A stretch of 60,000 nt of DNA, taken from positions 127,660,001-127,720,000 of the forward strand of contig CM059432.1 in the NCBI GenBank assembly GCA_030390025.1. Reading direction: 5' to 3'. Every line of letters starts with the position of its first letter. The first letter of the stretch is position 1. The position numbers were made by a program, and so were the translations under genes. This DNA is from Squalus acanthias. Lineage: Eukaryota. Under the pieces are notes generated by a model. That model saw only the letters and a program-made list of their open reading frames with translations. It searched no databases and was not told the DNA's origin. Shown here one piece after another: positions 36,006-50,919 of the stretch.

Positions 36006-37789
36006 GCATTGACTATATTGGCAATTTGTTACCTTCAACTTCACAAAATGATCCTATCACATACTAATTTACATTTAAGAAAGATTTAAGAAAATTCTGA
36101 GGACCAAGTTGATTAAAATATGTAGACACTATTGTAAGCAGGCTGGAAAATGTGATTTGTTTACTGGGCTTTTTTTTGGAAGTCAAAAATCTAATAGAAC
36201 AAAAATCAATAGGTGTCTTGCCCCACGTCGCTGAATCAGATCTTCAGACATTGCTATCAAGATCGTCATTAGAAAAGGCTCATTGAACTTTTTTTTTTTA
36301 GAAAATGTATGGAATAAATTAATCACATTGGGAAAAATCTCTGACAAATGTGCATGATGCAGGTTAAACACTAACTCAGAAAAGAACATCCACAGACAGA
36401 CACCTAACCTTTTCTAGATCTTAAATATTTAGACAATACTGTATCATGAAATATTCAAAGTGAAAATGGAATAGCATAATACGATAGCAAAATACTGCAG
36501 ATGCCTGCTGAGTTTTTCCAGCGTTTTCTGTTATATGGAATAGCATAATGTTGGATCAGGAAGCAAAATCTTAAAAAAATCAAAGCTGGACTTCATTGTC
36601 TTTAAAATAAGAAAAAAAGCTACTCTGAAGGTTTTAATCCCAATACGCTTTGAAATTACCAACACAGCTCAGTGTCAGCCAATCCAAACAGTGACCATAC
36701 AGAAAGAACTGCTCCGCTTTGTCAGTAAAATCTCAAAATTTAGCCATTCTGCCAACAAACCCTTGCAGTAGAATAAAGAGTATTCCAGCCATGATCTAAA
36801 CTTCAGTCAAGTTCAGCAGTGCCACGCATTGTGCTGCAGTTTTAGTGTTACTAAAGCAATCGTGCTGATTTGTGGAAGCTATACTATTTTCAGTGCAGCG
36901 GGTACTGGAAAGGGGGTGGGGGGGGGGGGAAGGCAGGAGTCTGTGTGATGGAAACCAGGAAGGGTACTTGTACGATGTGAATTTAAACAACTGGTGCTCA
37001 AGATTTACTTTTGGTGTGTTAGTTGGTTCGTGAATCTCTTCCCAAGCATAGGTGCATTTTTCTAATTATTTCCCACAAGGCTATGAATCGTACTGGGGCA
37101 CAGTTGAGCTGAGAAAAGGAGTCTTGACAGGCCATTTGATGGTGTGATGCAGCATAACTAAGCATGACATCATCAGATGTCCAGTTTTCCAGCAGACACA
37201 TTCCAGACACAGCTAGACAACAGTCAACAAGAGGGACTCTGGCTATATCTTTTCCCCTTCCTGGTCTGGAAAGACAGAGCCCAATTATAGCACAGGAGGG
37301 AAGTTTAAGCAGCTCAAAATGGATTTGGTTTTGTTTTCTACCTTAGTCAGGGGTTGTCACTTTCACTCAATAGCCTCCCCATCTCTTTTCTACTCCATCT
37401 CTTCCATTTTTACAAAATAAATTGCCAACTCTGAACTCCTTTATTTGCATTCTTTCCCCTTCCTCTTCTCCAAGACTTTCACTCTCTTGAAAACATTGAG
37501 CACATTGAGCACATTAAAAAGAGAATAGCAGCTACCTGGAAGAGTACAGGGATAAAACCTTAGAGTTTCATATGCTATCACGAGCGAAGCTTGAGCACTT
37601 TAAAATAAACCCAACTGAAGTTTGGTGCCAGGAGGAAACTGGACCCAGCTTTATTAAATATAAAGCTACACTAACAGGTAGTATCCAATACTGAAAAATA
37701 TTAGAATGCCATTGATCTATCACAGCAGTAGAAAACAACCAGAGACCACTGTCCCTATAGCCAAATCAGATCCCAGAGCCATCTCTAGC

Positions 37790-39282
37790 ATCTGGACCTG
37801 ATGGCCTACATCCTAGGTTCTAAAAGAGGTGGGTACAGAGATAGTTGGTTGTGATCTTCCAAAATTCCCTAGATTCTGGACCGGTCCCAGTGGATTGGAA
37901 GATAGCAAATGTAACACCACTATTCAAGAAAGGAGGCAGTGAAAAAACATGGGAACTACAGGCCAGTTAGCCGGACATCAGTCGTCGGGAAAATGCTGGA
38001 ATCCATTATTAAGGAAGGGGTAATAGGGCACTTAGAGAATCATAATACGAATAGGTAGAGTCAACATGGTTTTATGAAAGGGAAACTGTGTTTGACAAAT
38101 CTATTAAGAGTTTTTTGAGGATGTAACTAGCAGGGTAGATAAAGGGGAACCAGTGGATGTAGTATATTTGGATTTTCAAAAGGCATTCGATAAGGTGCCA
38201 CATGAAAGGTTGTTATACAAGATAAGGGCTCATGAGGTTAGAGGATTGGTTAAAGGACAGAAAAAAAGAGAATAGGAATAAACAGGTCATTTTCAGGTTG
38301 GCAGGCTGTAACTAGTGGGGTGCCTCAAGGATCAGTGCTGGGGCCTCAGCTATTTACAATCTATATTAATGACCTAGATGAAGGGACCAAGTGTAATGTA
38401 TCCAAGTTTGCTGATATAGTTATAGGTGGGAAAGTATGCTGTGAGGAGGACACAAAGAGTCTGCAAAGGGGTATAGGCAGGTTAAGTGAGTGGGCAATAA
38501 GGTGGCAGATGGAGTATAATGTGGGGAAATGTGAGGTTATTCACTTTGCTAGGAAGAATAGAAAAACAGAATATTTTTTAAATGGTGAAAAACTATTAAA
38601 TGTTGGTGTTCAGAGGGATTTGGGTGTCCTTGTACACGAAACACAAAGTTAACATGCAAATACAGCAAGCAATTAGGAAGGCAAATTGTATGTTATTTTG
38701 GCCTTTATTGCAAGAGGGTTGGAGTACAAGAGTAAAGAAGTCTTGCTGCAATTGTACAGGGCTTTGATGAAATGACACCTGGGAGTACTGTGCAGAGTTT
38801 TGGTCCCCTTATCTGAGGAAGGATATACTTGCCTTAGAGGAGGTGCAACAAAGGTTCACTAGATTGATTCCTGGGATGAGAGGGTTGTCCTAGGAGGAGA
38901 GATTGAGCTTATACTCTCTGGCGTTTAGAAGAATGAGAGGTGATCTCATTGAAATATTTAAGATTCTGAGAGGGCTTGACAGAGTAGATGCTGAGAGGTT
39001 ATTTCCCCTAGCTGGAGAGTCTAGAACTGGGGGCATAGTCTCAGAATAAGGGGTTGGCCATTTAGGACCGAGATGAGGCAAAACTTCTTCACTGTGGAAG
39101 CTCAGTCGTTGAGTATATTCAAAGCGGACATCGATAGATTTTTGGACTCTAAGGGAATCAAGGGATATGGGGATCGGGCGGGAAAGTGGAGTTGAGATCG
39201 AAGATCAGCTATGATCTTACTGAATGGTGGAGCAGACTCGAGGGGCCATATGGCCTACTCCTGCTCCTATTTATGTTCTTGT
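37790..39282 (+). mobile_element. CR1 LINE RT region, decayed
   Basis: [25 protein letters not shown]. Tail ttatgttcttgtgt. Confidence 0.92.
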
Positions 39283-39579
39283 GTATATTTATAAATTCTA
39301 CCAAAGAAAATGTGCCATACAGCCACTATGACAGTTCCTCACCCAATCCTAAAAGTACCCCCAAAAAAAAACCAGATGCAAGCATAAACTTACCCTCCCA
39401 TTTTCCAATTACCCAGCTAATTTTTCCTTGGACAACACGATGCACTCACCAGCACTCATGCAAATCACCATGCTTGGGTACACTCTTCATATTACTCATG
39501 GCCTGAATCGGTCTAGCCAAACCAACCTGGCTGAGGACCAACAAACATATGAGAAAGCACATATGTACATAGTTTCATT

Positions 39580-40112
39580 CAGTTCCGAGCACTGCACCTC
39601 AGGAAGGCTATATTGGCCTTGGAGCGGGTGCAGCACAGATCCACCAGAATGATGCTGAGGCTAAAAGGGTTAAATGATGAGGACAGGTTGCATAGACTAG
39701 GCCTGTATTCCCTTGAATATACATGATGATTAAGGGGTGATCTCATTGAGGTGTTTAAGATGATTAAAAGATTTGATAGGGCAGATAGAGAGAAACTATT
39801 TCCTCTGGGGTGGAAAGAGTCCAGAACAAGGGGGCATAACCTTAAAACTAGAGCTAGGCCGTTCAGGGGTGATGTCAGAAAGCACCTCTTCACACAAAGG
39901 ATTGTGGAAATCTGGAAAACTCTCCCCAAATTAGCTGTTGAGGCTAGGGGGTCAATTGAAAATTTCAATACTGAGATTAATAGATTTTTGTTAGGCAAGG
40001 TTATTAAGGGATATGAAACCAAGGTGGGTAAATGGAAGTGAGATATAGATCAGCCATGATCTAATTGAATGGCGGAACAGGCTGAAGGGACTGAATGACC
40101 TTCCTGTTCCTA
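39580..40112 (+). mobile_element. CR1 LINE 3' fragment
   Basis: FKMIKRFDRADREKLFPL..SRTRGHNLK..FTQRIVEIW. Confidence 0.9.
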
Positions 40113-40685
40113 TTAATACCTCTCTTGGCTGCCTGTTGCAAGTAGACAAAAATGAAATGTCAGAGTGCGTCCAGACCCTACCACCTCATGGCCTGACACT
40201 TGTAGTCTCTCTTTCTTGCCCCTTGGAGGAAAAGAATAAACATCTGGCCAGATAATTTGACTATCCTATTCAGATTTAAGTTATATAATTGTGTTTTTTT
40301 CCCCCCTCAATCAAAAAAGGAGTGTCTCCAATTACAAGGTAAGTGGTTAACGAGGTATAATTAGGAAATAGCTTTTCCTTATTGAATGAACACAAGCTTC
40401 AACAGCAGCATTTATTAAGATCTAATTTATTTCAATATAGCCTATCCATCTGCTACTCAAGGGAACCAATTTAACTAAATTCTTTTGTGCAAGCTGTAAC
40501 AAGGAGTCCAACACCTATCTGCTTCTCCTTTTAAATTGATGCAAGTGAACAAGGTTTGCACGGCTTCCTATGCAGTATCTCCTAATGTAGGAGGTAGGCC
40601 ACTGAGACATTTGCAATCAGGAAACAAGGAAGAGAGGGAGAGAATGTAGGAGAGGAGGCAGGAACATCTGAAAACAAATACTCAC

Positions 40686-40791
40686 CAGCTGCGAGCTAAG
40701 TCGAGTTTGCCACATATCAGCTTGTTTTGGGTTTAGATCAGGACTTGGCAGACCCAGTCTAGATGCTAGAGCCTCCACATACCCCGCAAGT
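40686..40791 (-). CDS. TMEM65: Transmembrane protein 65, exon 6
   Basis: tttttAG / GTgag boundaries. 106 bp encoding LAGYVEALASRLGLPSPDLNPKQADMWQTRLSSQL. Confidence 0.97.
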
Positions 40792-43502
40792 CTAAAAACA
40801 TGTTAAAAATAAAATCAATTTACGTTAGATTTGCCACACACTAATTCATAATGGTCGCATATACTCTCGAGAAAAGAATGCAACAGGCAACCAGCTTGCA
40901 GGCGTCGGCTAATGTGCTGTAAATTAGGCACATATATGCATGCAACAGCACACAGGAATGAATGATCATGCTTCCGACAGCAGGATGGTCTTGTTTGAAG
41001 CAAGTTTTTAAAATGGTTACACTATAGTGACATCCAAAAATACTTCCTAGATGACTCAAAGAAGTATTTACTCCAACCAAGATGATTGGGAGAGGCTTTG
41101 AAACAGATTAGATATTGTACTAATACCACAAAAATGCATTTTTCCAGGATAACTGAAGCTCAATTCCACATTGCTTGCATCATCAGTTTACTAGCAGCAT
41201 GAATCATTTGCACTTATAGGCTTCGATGCAGTTCACAACTGAGCCTTACATTCATGTACTAATTACAGCATTCTTGCAAGCCACCGATGAGTTAGCAAAT
41301 GGGGTTGCACGGTGAAAATATTCCATTTTGAAAATCGTAAGTTTTACATTTTACAAAAAGTGAAGATTTTATTCAAAAGTAAACACGCATATGTAGGAAG
41401 GCAAGACTGGAAGGCAATTTTTTTTTTTTTTTTTTTTTAAAAAGGTGATTCCTGAGGAACCTAATCGGCACTTGGAGTAGTGAATATGTCAGGTTTCTTC
41501 CCTGCCCTGCCCCCATGTGTTTCACCCCCCCCCGCCAGGTCACATATACTCTTGGGGAAAGAATGCTCCTAAGACCAATGCTCTAAACTGATGTGCCCCT
41601 TCCCAATAAAGCGCCAATGTGCTGCACCGCTATTCAACTGATCACAAATGGTTTTACTAGGTAAATAATGAAACTGTGTTTTAAGCTCAATATAGCAAGA
41701 GAATATAGGTACTGCACACATTTAAATTTAGTTGGTGAATATACAAAGCTTCCATACAGCTTCACCTCAATCCAAAGATCATGGTACAAATCAACCCCCA
41801 AAATGTCCAATGTTCCAAACAACCTGTCCAAGAGAAACTAAAGCTGATGGCTGTGGTGGTCCAGTAGCTACATCCATAGGGAGTGCCAATGCAAATCAGA
41901 GGGTCAGAGTTCAAATCTAGACCCTTACTCATATTTGCACTCGATAACCACTTCCTCCCAGCCAGATGACTAGAGGGACACCTGTGCCAGAGTACTCCAC
42001 TACCAGAGGAAAGAAAAATCAGTGCACTCACATCTATCCTGCACTGAAGGTCTACTTCCAGTCAACATGGAATTTTAGGCCGCAGATAGATTTTGCATTA
42101 ATGCGCAGTGGTCACCACTCAGTGTCGATGCTAAAGTGGCTGCGCAAATCCGGAGTTGGAACCTGCTCCGAGTTCAGAACACTGGTGCAAGACCTCCCAA
42201 GCAGGACCTCCCCAAGCAGGGTGTCTCGCACCTTTCGGGCTCGACAACCAGATGGAATACATAGTTCCAGTATCGACGTGGCTTAACAAGTGCTCAGGTG
42301 GTCCTTTGGATTGCCTACGCACTTCTCAAACTTTTGCAGAAAGTTTTTCTTTTCGAAATGTTTTGAGAAAAGTGGATGTTCTCATTTACGGTCTCAAAAC
42401 ATTACAGGTTTTACTGGTCGAGCATAGAGCTCTGCACAGATATGCAAGCACACATCCACAGAGCTCTGTGAGCACACAGAGGGCAAGTCACAATTGGGCA
42501 AATGTAACAGGGTTTTGCTGGCTGCACTTCAGTGTAACCACCATCTTACAGCTCAGCATTCCACCCACATCACCCTCCTTGTAGAGCAGCATGAAGATCA
42601 AGAGGCTTACAAACAAGAAATTATAAACAGAAAACATTACTCATTTATCCAGGAGATTAAAAAAAATTACACAAAATCCAATGGCTACATGCACTGAATT
42701 GCATTATCTTTAAAACAAAAACCGGTGGAGCTAACAGTCTGTAAATAACATGGAATAGATTTAGACAGTGAAATCTCCATTTCTGAATCAGTTAGTGTAG
42801 ATCACGATCACAGAATCAGATCGTGTGTCTTTACTATATATTGTGACATCCTGTTGCTGGTGGCCAAAAAATAAATAATTTGGAGTAAGAGTTGTCACTA
42901 GAAACATAGAAATGTACAGGACCGGAAAAGGCTATTTTGATGCATGTAGCCAGCACGAGAGTTCAAAAACAGAATACACTGTTTACTACCTAAATCCTTC
43001 AGTTGCTGCTGTCCAGATACCTGTCCAGCTATAAAGGCTACTGTTGCACAACAACTTGCTTTTAACGTAGATAGCATCTCAAGGTGCTTCAATCACACTT
43101 CTTGCCATTAAGAGCACAGATGCTCGGGAATAGTTTGTCCACCAATTCACGGAGCCAAAAAGGTACATGGCAGCGAGAGACTGGTATAGCAAAAAAATAT
43201 GCATGTCTTGATCAAAAAATTAAATGACCCAATATCTAAATAGAATGGTTGATTTACACTAAAGTTAACAGAATCTGATAAAATGAAAGGATGGCCATAG
43301 TGCAACCACTTGTTAGCTCAACAGCAACAGAAATGTCATACTGCTTATTTTTTTTTTTAAAGCATATCCTCAAGCTGGATGCAGTACTAGCACGGAACCC
43401 ACATCACACTGGTAGGAAATTAAGTATTTATTTTATTTCTAATATTTCCCCAATGTTCAGTCCTCGTGTTTATAACTATTGAAGTACTTAAGATATACTT
43501 AC

Positions 43503-43545
43503 CCCAGGCCAGCCACATCAGACACAAGGTTGCCAAGTGCTGCAG
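43503..43545 (-). CDS. TMEM65: Transmembrane protein 65, exon 5
   Basis: aacAG / GTaagt boundaries. 43 bp encoding AAALGNLVSDVAGLG. Confidence 0.96.
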
Positions 43546-43659
43546 CTGTTTTGTTGAAAAGGCAAAAAGAAGGAATCAGTTGAAATAATAACACAAATCT
43601 TTAAGAAATGGGGCCTGCTCTTAGAAATAATTAGATTGTACAGCTTTATTTCCATCATG

Positions 43660-43990
43660 ACATGTCCTCTGCTGAAGGCACGACTCTGAGCTATAGTCAA
43701 TCCCCTATACCTCAGAGTAGCCCTCTTGATATGCGAGTAGGCTATGTGACAATCAGGACCAGCGGAGCCGAGCAAAACTCCATTCTCTCCAACATTCAAA
43801 TGTATGCACATACTGCAGCAAGGGTCACTGGAAAGCAATTATAAGCAGAACCTCGGTTGACTTCTCAACTCACTGGTCCCGAGAAGCGGAGACCAATTGT
43901 AGGATCCCTACCACTGCCTAGCTGTGATTAGCTACCTCAGCACATATTGGGAACTGAACCTGGGACTTTTAATGGCTTTATTAACACTCA
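43660..43990 (-). mobile_element. Ancient tRNA-derived SINE-like repeat
   Basis: B-box-like ggttcagttccc on the minus strand, followed by tgtgctgaggtagctaatcacagc. A related decayed piece lies near 37140-37300. Confidence 0.45.
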
Positions 43991-45699
43991 CTGGGGGAGT
44001 GCAGAATTGTTTACCATGGCTCAGGTTCACCAATTTGTGAATTCAACATAATTAAAGACAAGGCGATAGAGTGGGCCATTGTCATAACATTAAAATGTTC
44101 TGCATACATGGCAATCTTGGAAACTAGCAGAAATTGGTGAGTAGCTTCAAAAATAAAGCTGATATTCAAGAATGGCTTTCGTGTTTGAAAACCAGTGGTC
44201 ACGTGGACTTTGTACCTTGAGCAGGAAGTATACATGACATCCCTTTAATTGTATTGCAGGGAAAAAAAATACACATACATGAAAGCCCAAAGAGGGTAAT
44301 CTGAAGGCTGAAGGCAACAAACCATTAGTGCATTTTTAAGGGTTTTCAGGGCATGCTCCTCCAGAAAAAGATTGCATTTTTATATTAAAAAATTATACAT
44401 CCAGGTTAATTTTAAGCACTTTTAGTTAGACAATTATTCAAAAGTTATCCGAGTAGTCAGTCATTCTTGCATCCAACTCCCCTGCCCATCGCCCCAGGTC
44501 ACAAAAGCATTCAAACCCCCTCTATCCCCAGTTCACAGACACAATGTATCTCACCCAACCCCTATCCTTCCAGAGACATTCTCCTCTCCAATCCATTGAC
44601 ACTCTTCTTCCACTCCTTTGTCAACTCAACCTGGCACACTGCTTCCCCTCTGACTAATTTAACCTGGTACTCTTGACAGTTCAGGTTGGCACCCCCTCAC
44701 CAGCATCCTCTCAGCTCATGTTGGCACTCTTCTTCCTTCCCCACCCCAAAGCTCCATCCTAACTTCTTCCTCTTTCTTTCCACCCATCTCTGTTACCATT
44801 TACTTCCCCCTTCATTACCATTCATTTTCTTCTGTTGCCATCCACTCCTCTTTAACAATCATTCCCCTCCCTCTCCATCCTTTTCCCTGCTTGCCATGCA
44901 TTCTCCCCCCCGCCCGCTGTTCTCAAGACAGTTCCTGCTTACAATATACAATATACAAGAGGTTGCAACCCAAGCTGGAAGCACAGAGGAGCAGCAGAAC
45001 CTGGCTGCAGTGATGTGTCAGCAAATGCTAGCACAACGACCACGCTCCCAAAATGCGGACACTTGGCAAGTATGCATACTATGTTCCAGTAGTTGCATCA
45101 GGATTATATAAAAAGTGCAAATAAATAACTCCTGGAAATATTTCCAGAGCTACAATGGCGCCAAATGCATGAACTCTTCGTTCTCGTATCGAATTCTCCC
45201 AGTGCCAATTGCTCATCTTCTTCCCTTTTACACCCCCCAAAGCATTACATCGACACAGCTAGCCACTGCTCCGCAAGTAGCAACTCATTACACGAACTGA
45301 GCCAGTGCTTGTGGAAACAAATTCCCGTCCTGGCAATATTTTTAATTAGGATATCAGAACCATGAAAAAAAGCCATGTGTGTGTGTGAGGATATATGGTG
45401 TAAACAGACGATAAGCATGGACAACGAGTGGCTAACAGAAGATAAGCTGAACAATGGTATTGTATAAGTGGGCTATTTTGCTGCCAACAGCTGGCCCTGA
45501 ACACACACAAATTAATTTCAAACTTTTCAGTTCAACAGATGAACAGAGGCTGTAGAGTGAGATACTCAATGTGCCCAAAATTCACTGAAAAACCAGGCAA
45601 ACATTAAAACCATGCCAAAAGTGGGTGGTGGGGGGGGGGTCAAAAAAAAAAAAAAATTGAACCACTCTTTCCATGACAGTTTCAGTGAAGATCCAACAC

Positions 45700-48600
45700 T
45701 CTTCTCTTCTTAGGCAGTCCCTCGGAATCGAAGATGACTTGCTTCCACATTAAAAATGAGTTCTCAGGTGACTGATGAGTCCAATGCGGGACCTACAGTC
45801 TCTGTCACAGGTGGGGCAGATGGTGGTTGAAGGGGTGGGTGGGTGGGGTGCTTGGGTTGACGCGCGCTCCTTGCACTGCCTGCGCTTGGCTTCCGCTCGC
45901 TCCCGGCGAAGAGACTCAAGGTGTTCGCCGCCTTCCCGAATGCTTCTCCTCCACTTTGTGCGGTCTTGGGCCAGGGATTCCCAGGTGTCGGTGGGGATAT
46001 TGCACTTTTTCCAAGGAGGCTTTGAGGGTGTCCTTGAAGCGTTTCCTCTGCCCACTTGGAGCTCTCTTGCCGTGTCGGAGCTCAGAGTAGAGCACTTGTT
46101 TTGGGAGTCTCATATCGGGCATGCGAACGATGTGGCCCGTCCATTGGAGCTGATCGAGTGTGGTCAAAGCTTCGATGCTGGGGATGTTGGCCTGAGCGAG
46201 AACAGAGACATTGGTGCGCCTATCCTGCTAATGGATTTGCAGTATCTTGCGGAGGCAGCGTTGGTGGTATCTCTCCAGTGCTTTGAGGTGCCTGCTGTAC
46301 ATCGTCCATGTCTCCGAAGCATACAGGAGAGCGGGTATTACTACTGCTCTGTAGACCATGAGCTTGGTGCCGGATTTGAGGTCCTGGTCTTCAAACACTC
46401 TCTTCCTCAGGCGACCGAAGGCTGCACTGGCACACTGAAGGTGATGTTGGACTTCGTCATCAACATCTGCCCTTGTTGACAGTAGGCTCCCGAGGTATGG
46501 AAAGTGGTCCACGTTGTCCAAGGCCTTGTCGTAGATTTTGATAATCGGGGGGGGGGGGGGGTGGGGGGGGCAGTACTGTGTGGCGGGGGCAGGTTGGTAG
46601 AGGACCTTTGTCTTAAGGATGTTTAGTGTAAGGCCCATGCTCTCGTACGCTTCTGGGAAGGTGTTAACGATGGTTTGGAGTTCAACCTCCGAGTGTGCGC
46701 AGACGCAAGCGTCGTCTGCAGACTGTAATTCGACGACAAGGAAGACGACCTTGGATCTGGACTGGAGGCGACGGAGGTTGAACAGTTTCCCGTTTGTTCT
46801 GTAAATTAGCTCCACTCCAGTGGGGAGCTTACTGAGGGCAAGATGGAGCATTGCAGCAAGGAAGATCGAGAAGAGCGTTGGTGCGATGACACAGCCTTGC
46901 TTGACCCCGGTCCGTACGTGAATTGGGTCTGTGGTGGAACCGTTGGTCAGGATCACGGCTTGCATGTCGGCGTGAAGCAGATGGAGGATGGTGACAAACT
47001 TTTGAGGGCAGCCGAATTTGAGGTGGACACTCCATAATCCCTCACGGTTGACCGTGTCAAAGACCTTTGTGAGGTCAAAGATGGCCATGTACAGCGGTTG
47101 GTGCTGTTCCCTGCATTTCTCTTGTAATTGGCGCGCAGTGAAGATCATGTCCATTGTGCCCCTTAGTGGGTGGAATCCACATTGCGACTCTGGGAGGAGC
47201 TCTTCAGCCACTGGGAGAAGGCGATTGAGGAGGATTCTTGCGATGACTTTCCCTGTGGCAGACAGCAGGGAAACTCCTCTGTAATTACCTCAATCGGACT
47301 GGTCACCTTTCTTGAAGATGGTCACAATTACGGCGTCTGAGATCCCCTGGTATGCTCTCCTCCTTCCAGATGAGAGAAATTAGTTCATTAATTCGCGCCA
47401 GTAGTGCTTCTCCGCTATGCTTTAGTGCCTCGGCACGGATTCCATCTGCACCTGAGGCCTTGTTCTTCTTCAGTTGTCAGATGGCCTTTTCAACCTCATG
47501 CCGGGCTAGGGTTGTGCTGAGATGGTGACGGGTAGCATGCTGCGGAATGGAGTTGAGGACAATCGCGTCGAAGACAGAGTCTTGGTTAAGGAGATCTTCG
47601 AAGTGCTCCTTCCAGCAGGCACTGACGGCCTCCCTGTCCTTGATGAGTACCTCTCAGTTCTTGGCCCGCAGTGGGGTAGGACCTTGGGTGCTTGGGCCGT
47701 AGGCGGTCTTGACTGCGCTAAAGAATCCACGCACATCGTGGTTGTCGGCTAGCTGCTGGATCTCCTGCGCTTTCTCCACCCACCATCTGTTCTTTAGGTC
47801 GCGAGTTTTTTTGTTGGACCTCGGCCTTCAGGCATCTGTAGAGCTGCTTTCTTGCACTCGAGTTCTGTTGCTGTTTCCAGATCAGGAATGCCTTGAGCTT
47901 GCGGCTTATTAGCTCCTGGATCTCCTGGTCGTTCCTGTCGAACCAGTCTTGGTGTTTCCTGGTCAAGTGACCGAGCGTCTCTTCACAGGTTCTGATTATG
48001 GAGGCCTCGAGTGCAGACCAGGCGCTGTGGACACTGTCTCTGAATCACGGAGTCGTCAGGTTGGTTGTGAGGCGCAGGCTGAATAGGGCTTTCTTCGCAG
48101 GGTCTTTGAGTGCTCCAGCGTTGATTTTCCTGCGGCATTGTTTCTGTTGCCGCCGCTGTTTTGGGTCTACGTTGATGGAGATGACAGAGCGGATTAGGCG
48201 GTGGTCTGTCCAGCAGTCGTCAGCTCCTGTCATGGCGCGGGTGATGTGGACGTCCTTGCGGTCCCTCACTCGGACGATGACATAGTCCAGCAGATGCCAG
48301 TGCTTGAGCGAGGATGCTGCCATGAAGCCTTGTACTTGTATCTGTGACGGAACAAGGTGTTGGTTACGATGAGGCCATGTTCTAAGCATTTCGTCAGGAG
48401 GGCGGCACTGTTGGAGTTGGCTTTCAGTACCCCCTCTCTGCCGATCACACCTCCCCAGAGGTCTGTGTCCTTTGGAACTCTGGCGTTAAAGTCGCCAAGG
48501 AGGATCAGCTTGCCGCCCGTTGGGACTCAGGACAGGGATTGTTCGAGGCTGGAGTAGAATTCCTCTTTGGTCTTGTCTGTGGCTTCTGCACTGATGACCG

Positions 48601-48700
48601 GAGCATGCTGGTTGCGGGCTAGGGTGAGCCGCAGAGTCATGAGGCGCTCGTGTATACCACTAGGAGAGGCTCTGAGACGTTCCAATAGTTCATTGTTTAG
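45700..48700 (-). mobile_element. RTE-clade LINE, ~3 kb, endonuclease plus RT, frameshifted
   Basis: LLPESQCGF..RGTMDMIF, GVKQGCVIAPTLF, SADD, WTGHIVRMPD.RLPKQVLY, endonuclease WTDHRL, C-terminal CPTC..C.SRIGLISH. (gaa)-rich tail at ~45700-45711. Confidence 0.93.
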
Positions 48701-48738
48701 GAGATGTCACAACATCTGAGCTCCCGGGCAACGATAGC

Positions 48739-48740
<2 letters not shown>

Positions 48741-48778
<38 letters not shown>
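48741..48778. repeat. (CA)19 microsatellite
   Basis: Perfect CA run. Confidence 0.97.
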
Positions 48779-48781
<3 letters not shown>

Positions 48782-50919
48782 GGCCCGTGCCACACCTTCC
48801 CTGGGCCCACACTGCGCCACGACCTCGCTCCTGGGTCCCGGCCTCGGACGCGAGTGATGTTGTCTCTCACAGGATTAAATTAGCACTGATATTCTCCCAA
48901 TCCCTGGCCCCGAACTCCACTCGTCACTAGATCACTAGTCTAGTGGAGAAGCGTAGTTGTGATGGCAGAGAGGTCTAGGAATTTAGAAGCTAAGTTTAAG
49001 TGAAGAGCCAGTACTCACTGAGAACAAAGAACAGGCATGGTCGGGGGGATGGGCAGTGGGCTCAGGTAACTTTAACCTTGCAGCTTGAACTTGCAGTTAG
49101 GGATAAAATGCACCCACTATTAAGAGCCAGGGGAACTTAAACAGCAGAAGACTGGGGGAGAAAGAGCAAAGGATGGCAAAGGAGCTCCCTAGGGAGCTGC
49201 CAGCCCAGGAGCCATCTTGATCCAACAGCAGCTCAGAGGATAGCAAACCTCAAGTGCAATCCAAAAATATCTCAAATTCACATTCTATCGAAATGACAAT
49301 CCATTCTAGATGTTTGCTCTAGTGGAAGAACACTAAACAGTCTATCCCCGTTTACAATCAGGAATAACAAGCGTTGGGAGCTGTGGTTCTTTCATAACAT
49401 GAAAATCCTCTGTGCCCCAGATGCAGTTTTTTTTGGTGAAACAATTTAGAAGTATGCTATTCAAAACAAACGCCATCATTGTTAAAATTTAACACTTCTT
49501 ACAAATCATTAAAAAAAGACAAATACTTAAAATCTATTTACAGCAAAATTATACGGATGTCCGGGATTTGCACTTCAACAAATACCATCTCGCCACTTTC
49601 TATGATTGTATAGCTCATATAATCCAGATCAGGGAATACTACACCTGCTCTGTGTTTTTAGCAGCATCTTCCAACCAGATTCCAAAATCGAAGTGTTACT
49701 TTTAGAAAAGCGAAAGGAAAACCAGCAACTCCATTCGCCCAAATTTTAATCTGCAATTTCGGCCACATCACTAGCTTGTATAAAGACCACTGTGTGGCTA
49801 ATGAAAAGGCAAAGAGCAGCCAGGCACAGAACTGAACTAATGAAGTTTACCCAACAGTAGCACCAATAACAAGGCTACATTAATGGGTTTCTCAAAAGCT
49901 ACTTTCTCTAATTACTGGAAATAGCTTAATAGCAAGAGTTGACTTCACTAAATCTGAAGCTACATAGTACAAAACCATTTACTCGTCATGCTGTGATTTA
50001 GTTACAGATTTTGAGAGTTATTTTGCGAGACGGAATAGGTAGTGAAGCATATTTCCTTGTGGATTTACATCAGGAAGTGCTAAACCCACAGCGGAGGAGA
50101 AAATTAATTTCTTGACAAATACGGGCTGGCAGATGTACATTTTCCAAGGACACGAGCATGCGTATCTGCAGCCAGAAACTTCAGGCAAAGTATAACTAGA
50201 GAGCCCGAGATGTTTGCTTGAGGCCCCAGTTTAAATGGTGCAGAATTTGCCTGTGTAGTTTGGCAGCCGACAGCAACGAAGTCTTGAGCGAGCTGAAATA
50301 TCAACCACCAATAGGTAATGAAAATGCAGCAGAGATGCAACTATTTATTTGGATATTAGCTCCTTTGTGAACTACTTAAGGAACACAATATAAAGGGGAA
50401 GGAGCCTGTCCAGCTCCTATTTCAGAAACCTAATCATTCTTCATCAGTTTCCTAAGCAATCAGGATCCTATCCAATTCCCTGCTAAATGCTAGAAGTCAC
50501 TATTTACTATACTTGACGACTGCCTAAATTACAAGTCAATGAATGAGCTCATAAATTACACCTTCCTTTTTTAAAGTTCTTTTTGGCAATAACATTCTGC
50601 TCAATGTTCATTATATTGATTCCTTTCATTATGTTTGAAACTTATATCATGGTCTCACCTCATACATCACTTTTCCACTCAATTCTACATCTCAAATGTT
50701 CCAAACCCAGATACTGTATCATCATTGCTGCTTTAGAGAGGTAGGTCAATAGAAAGGGCAAGGCAGTATATATGAGCAATTACAGCAAGATTGTTGTCAA
50801 GTTAAATGCACTGCTTCCTGTGATGCTGGCCACAGGGAGAGAACGTTGAGGAAGAAAACGAGAGAGAGATCTCGAGAGGGAGAAAGCGAGAACGAGAGGG
50901 GGAAATATACTTACATAGA

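Noticed and set aside
45775..46479. 234-aa plus-strand ORF
   Set aside because: Antisense shadow of the RTE ORF.
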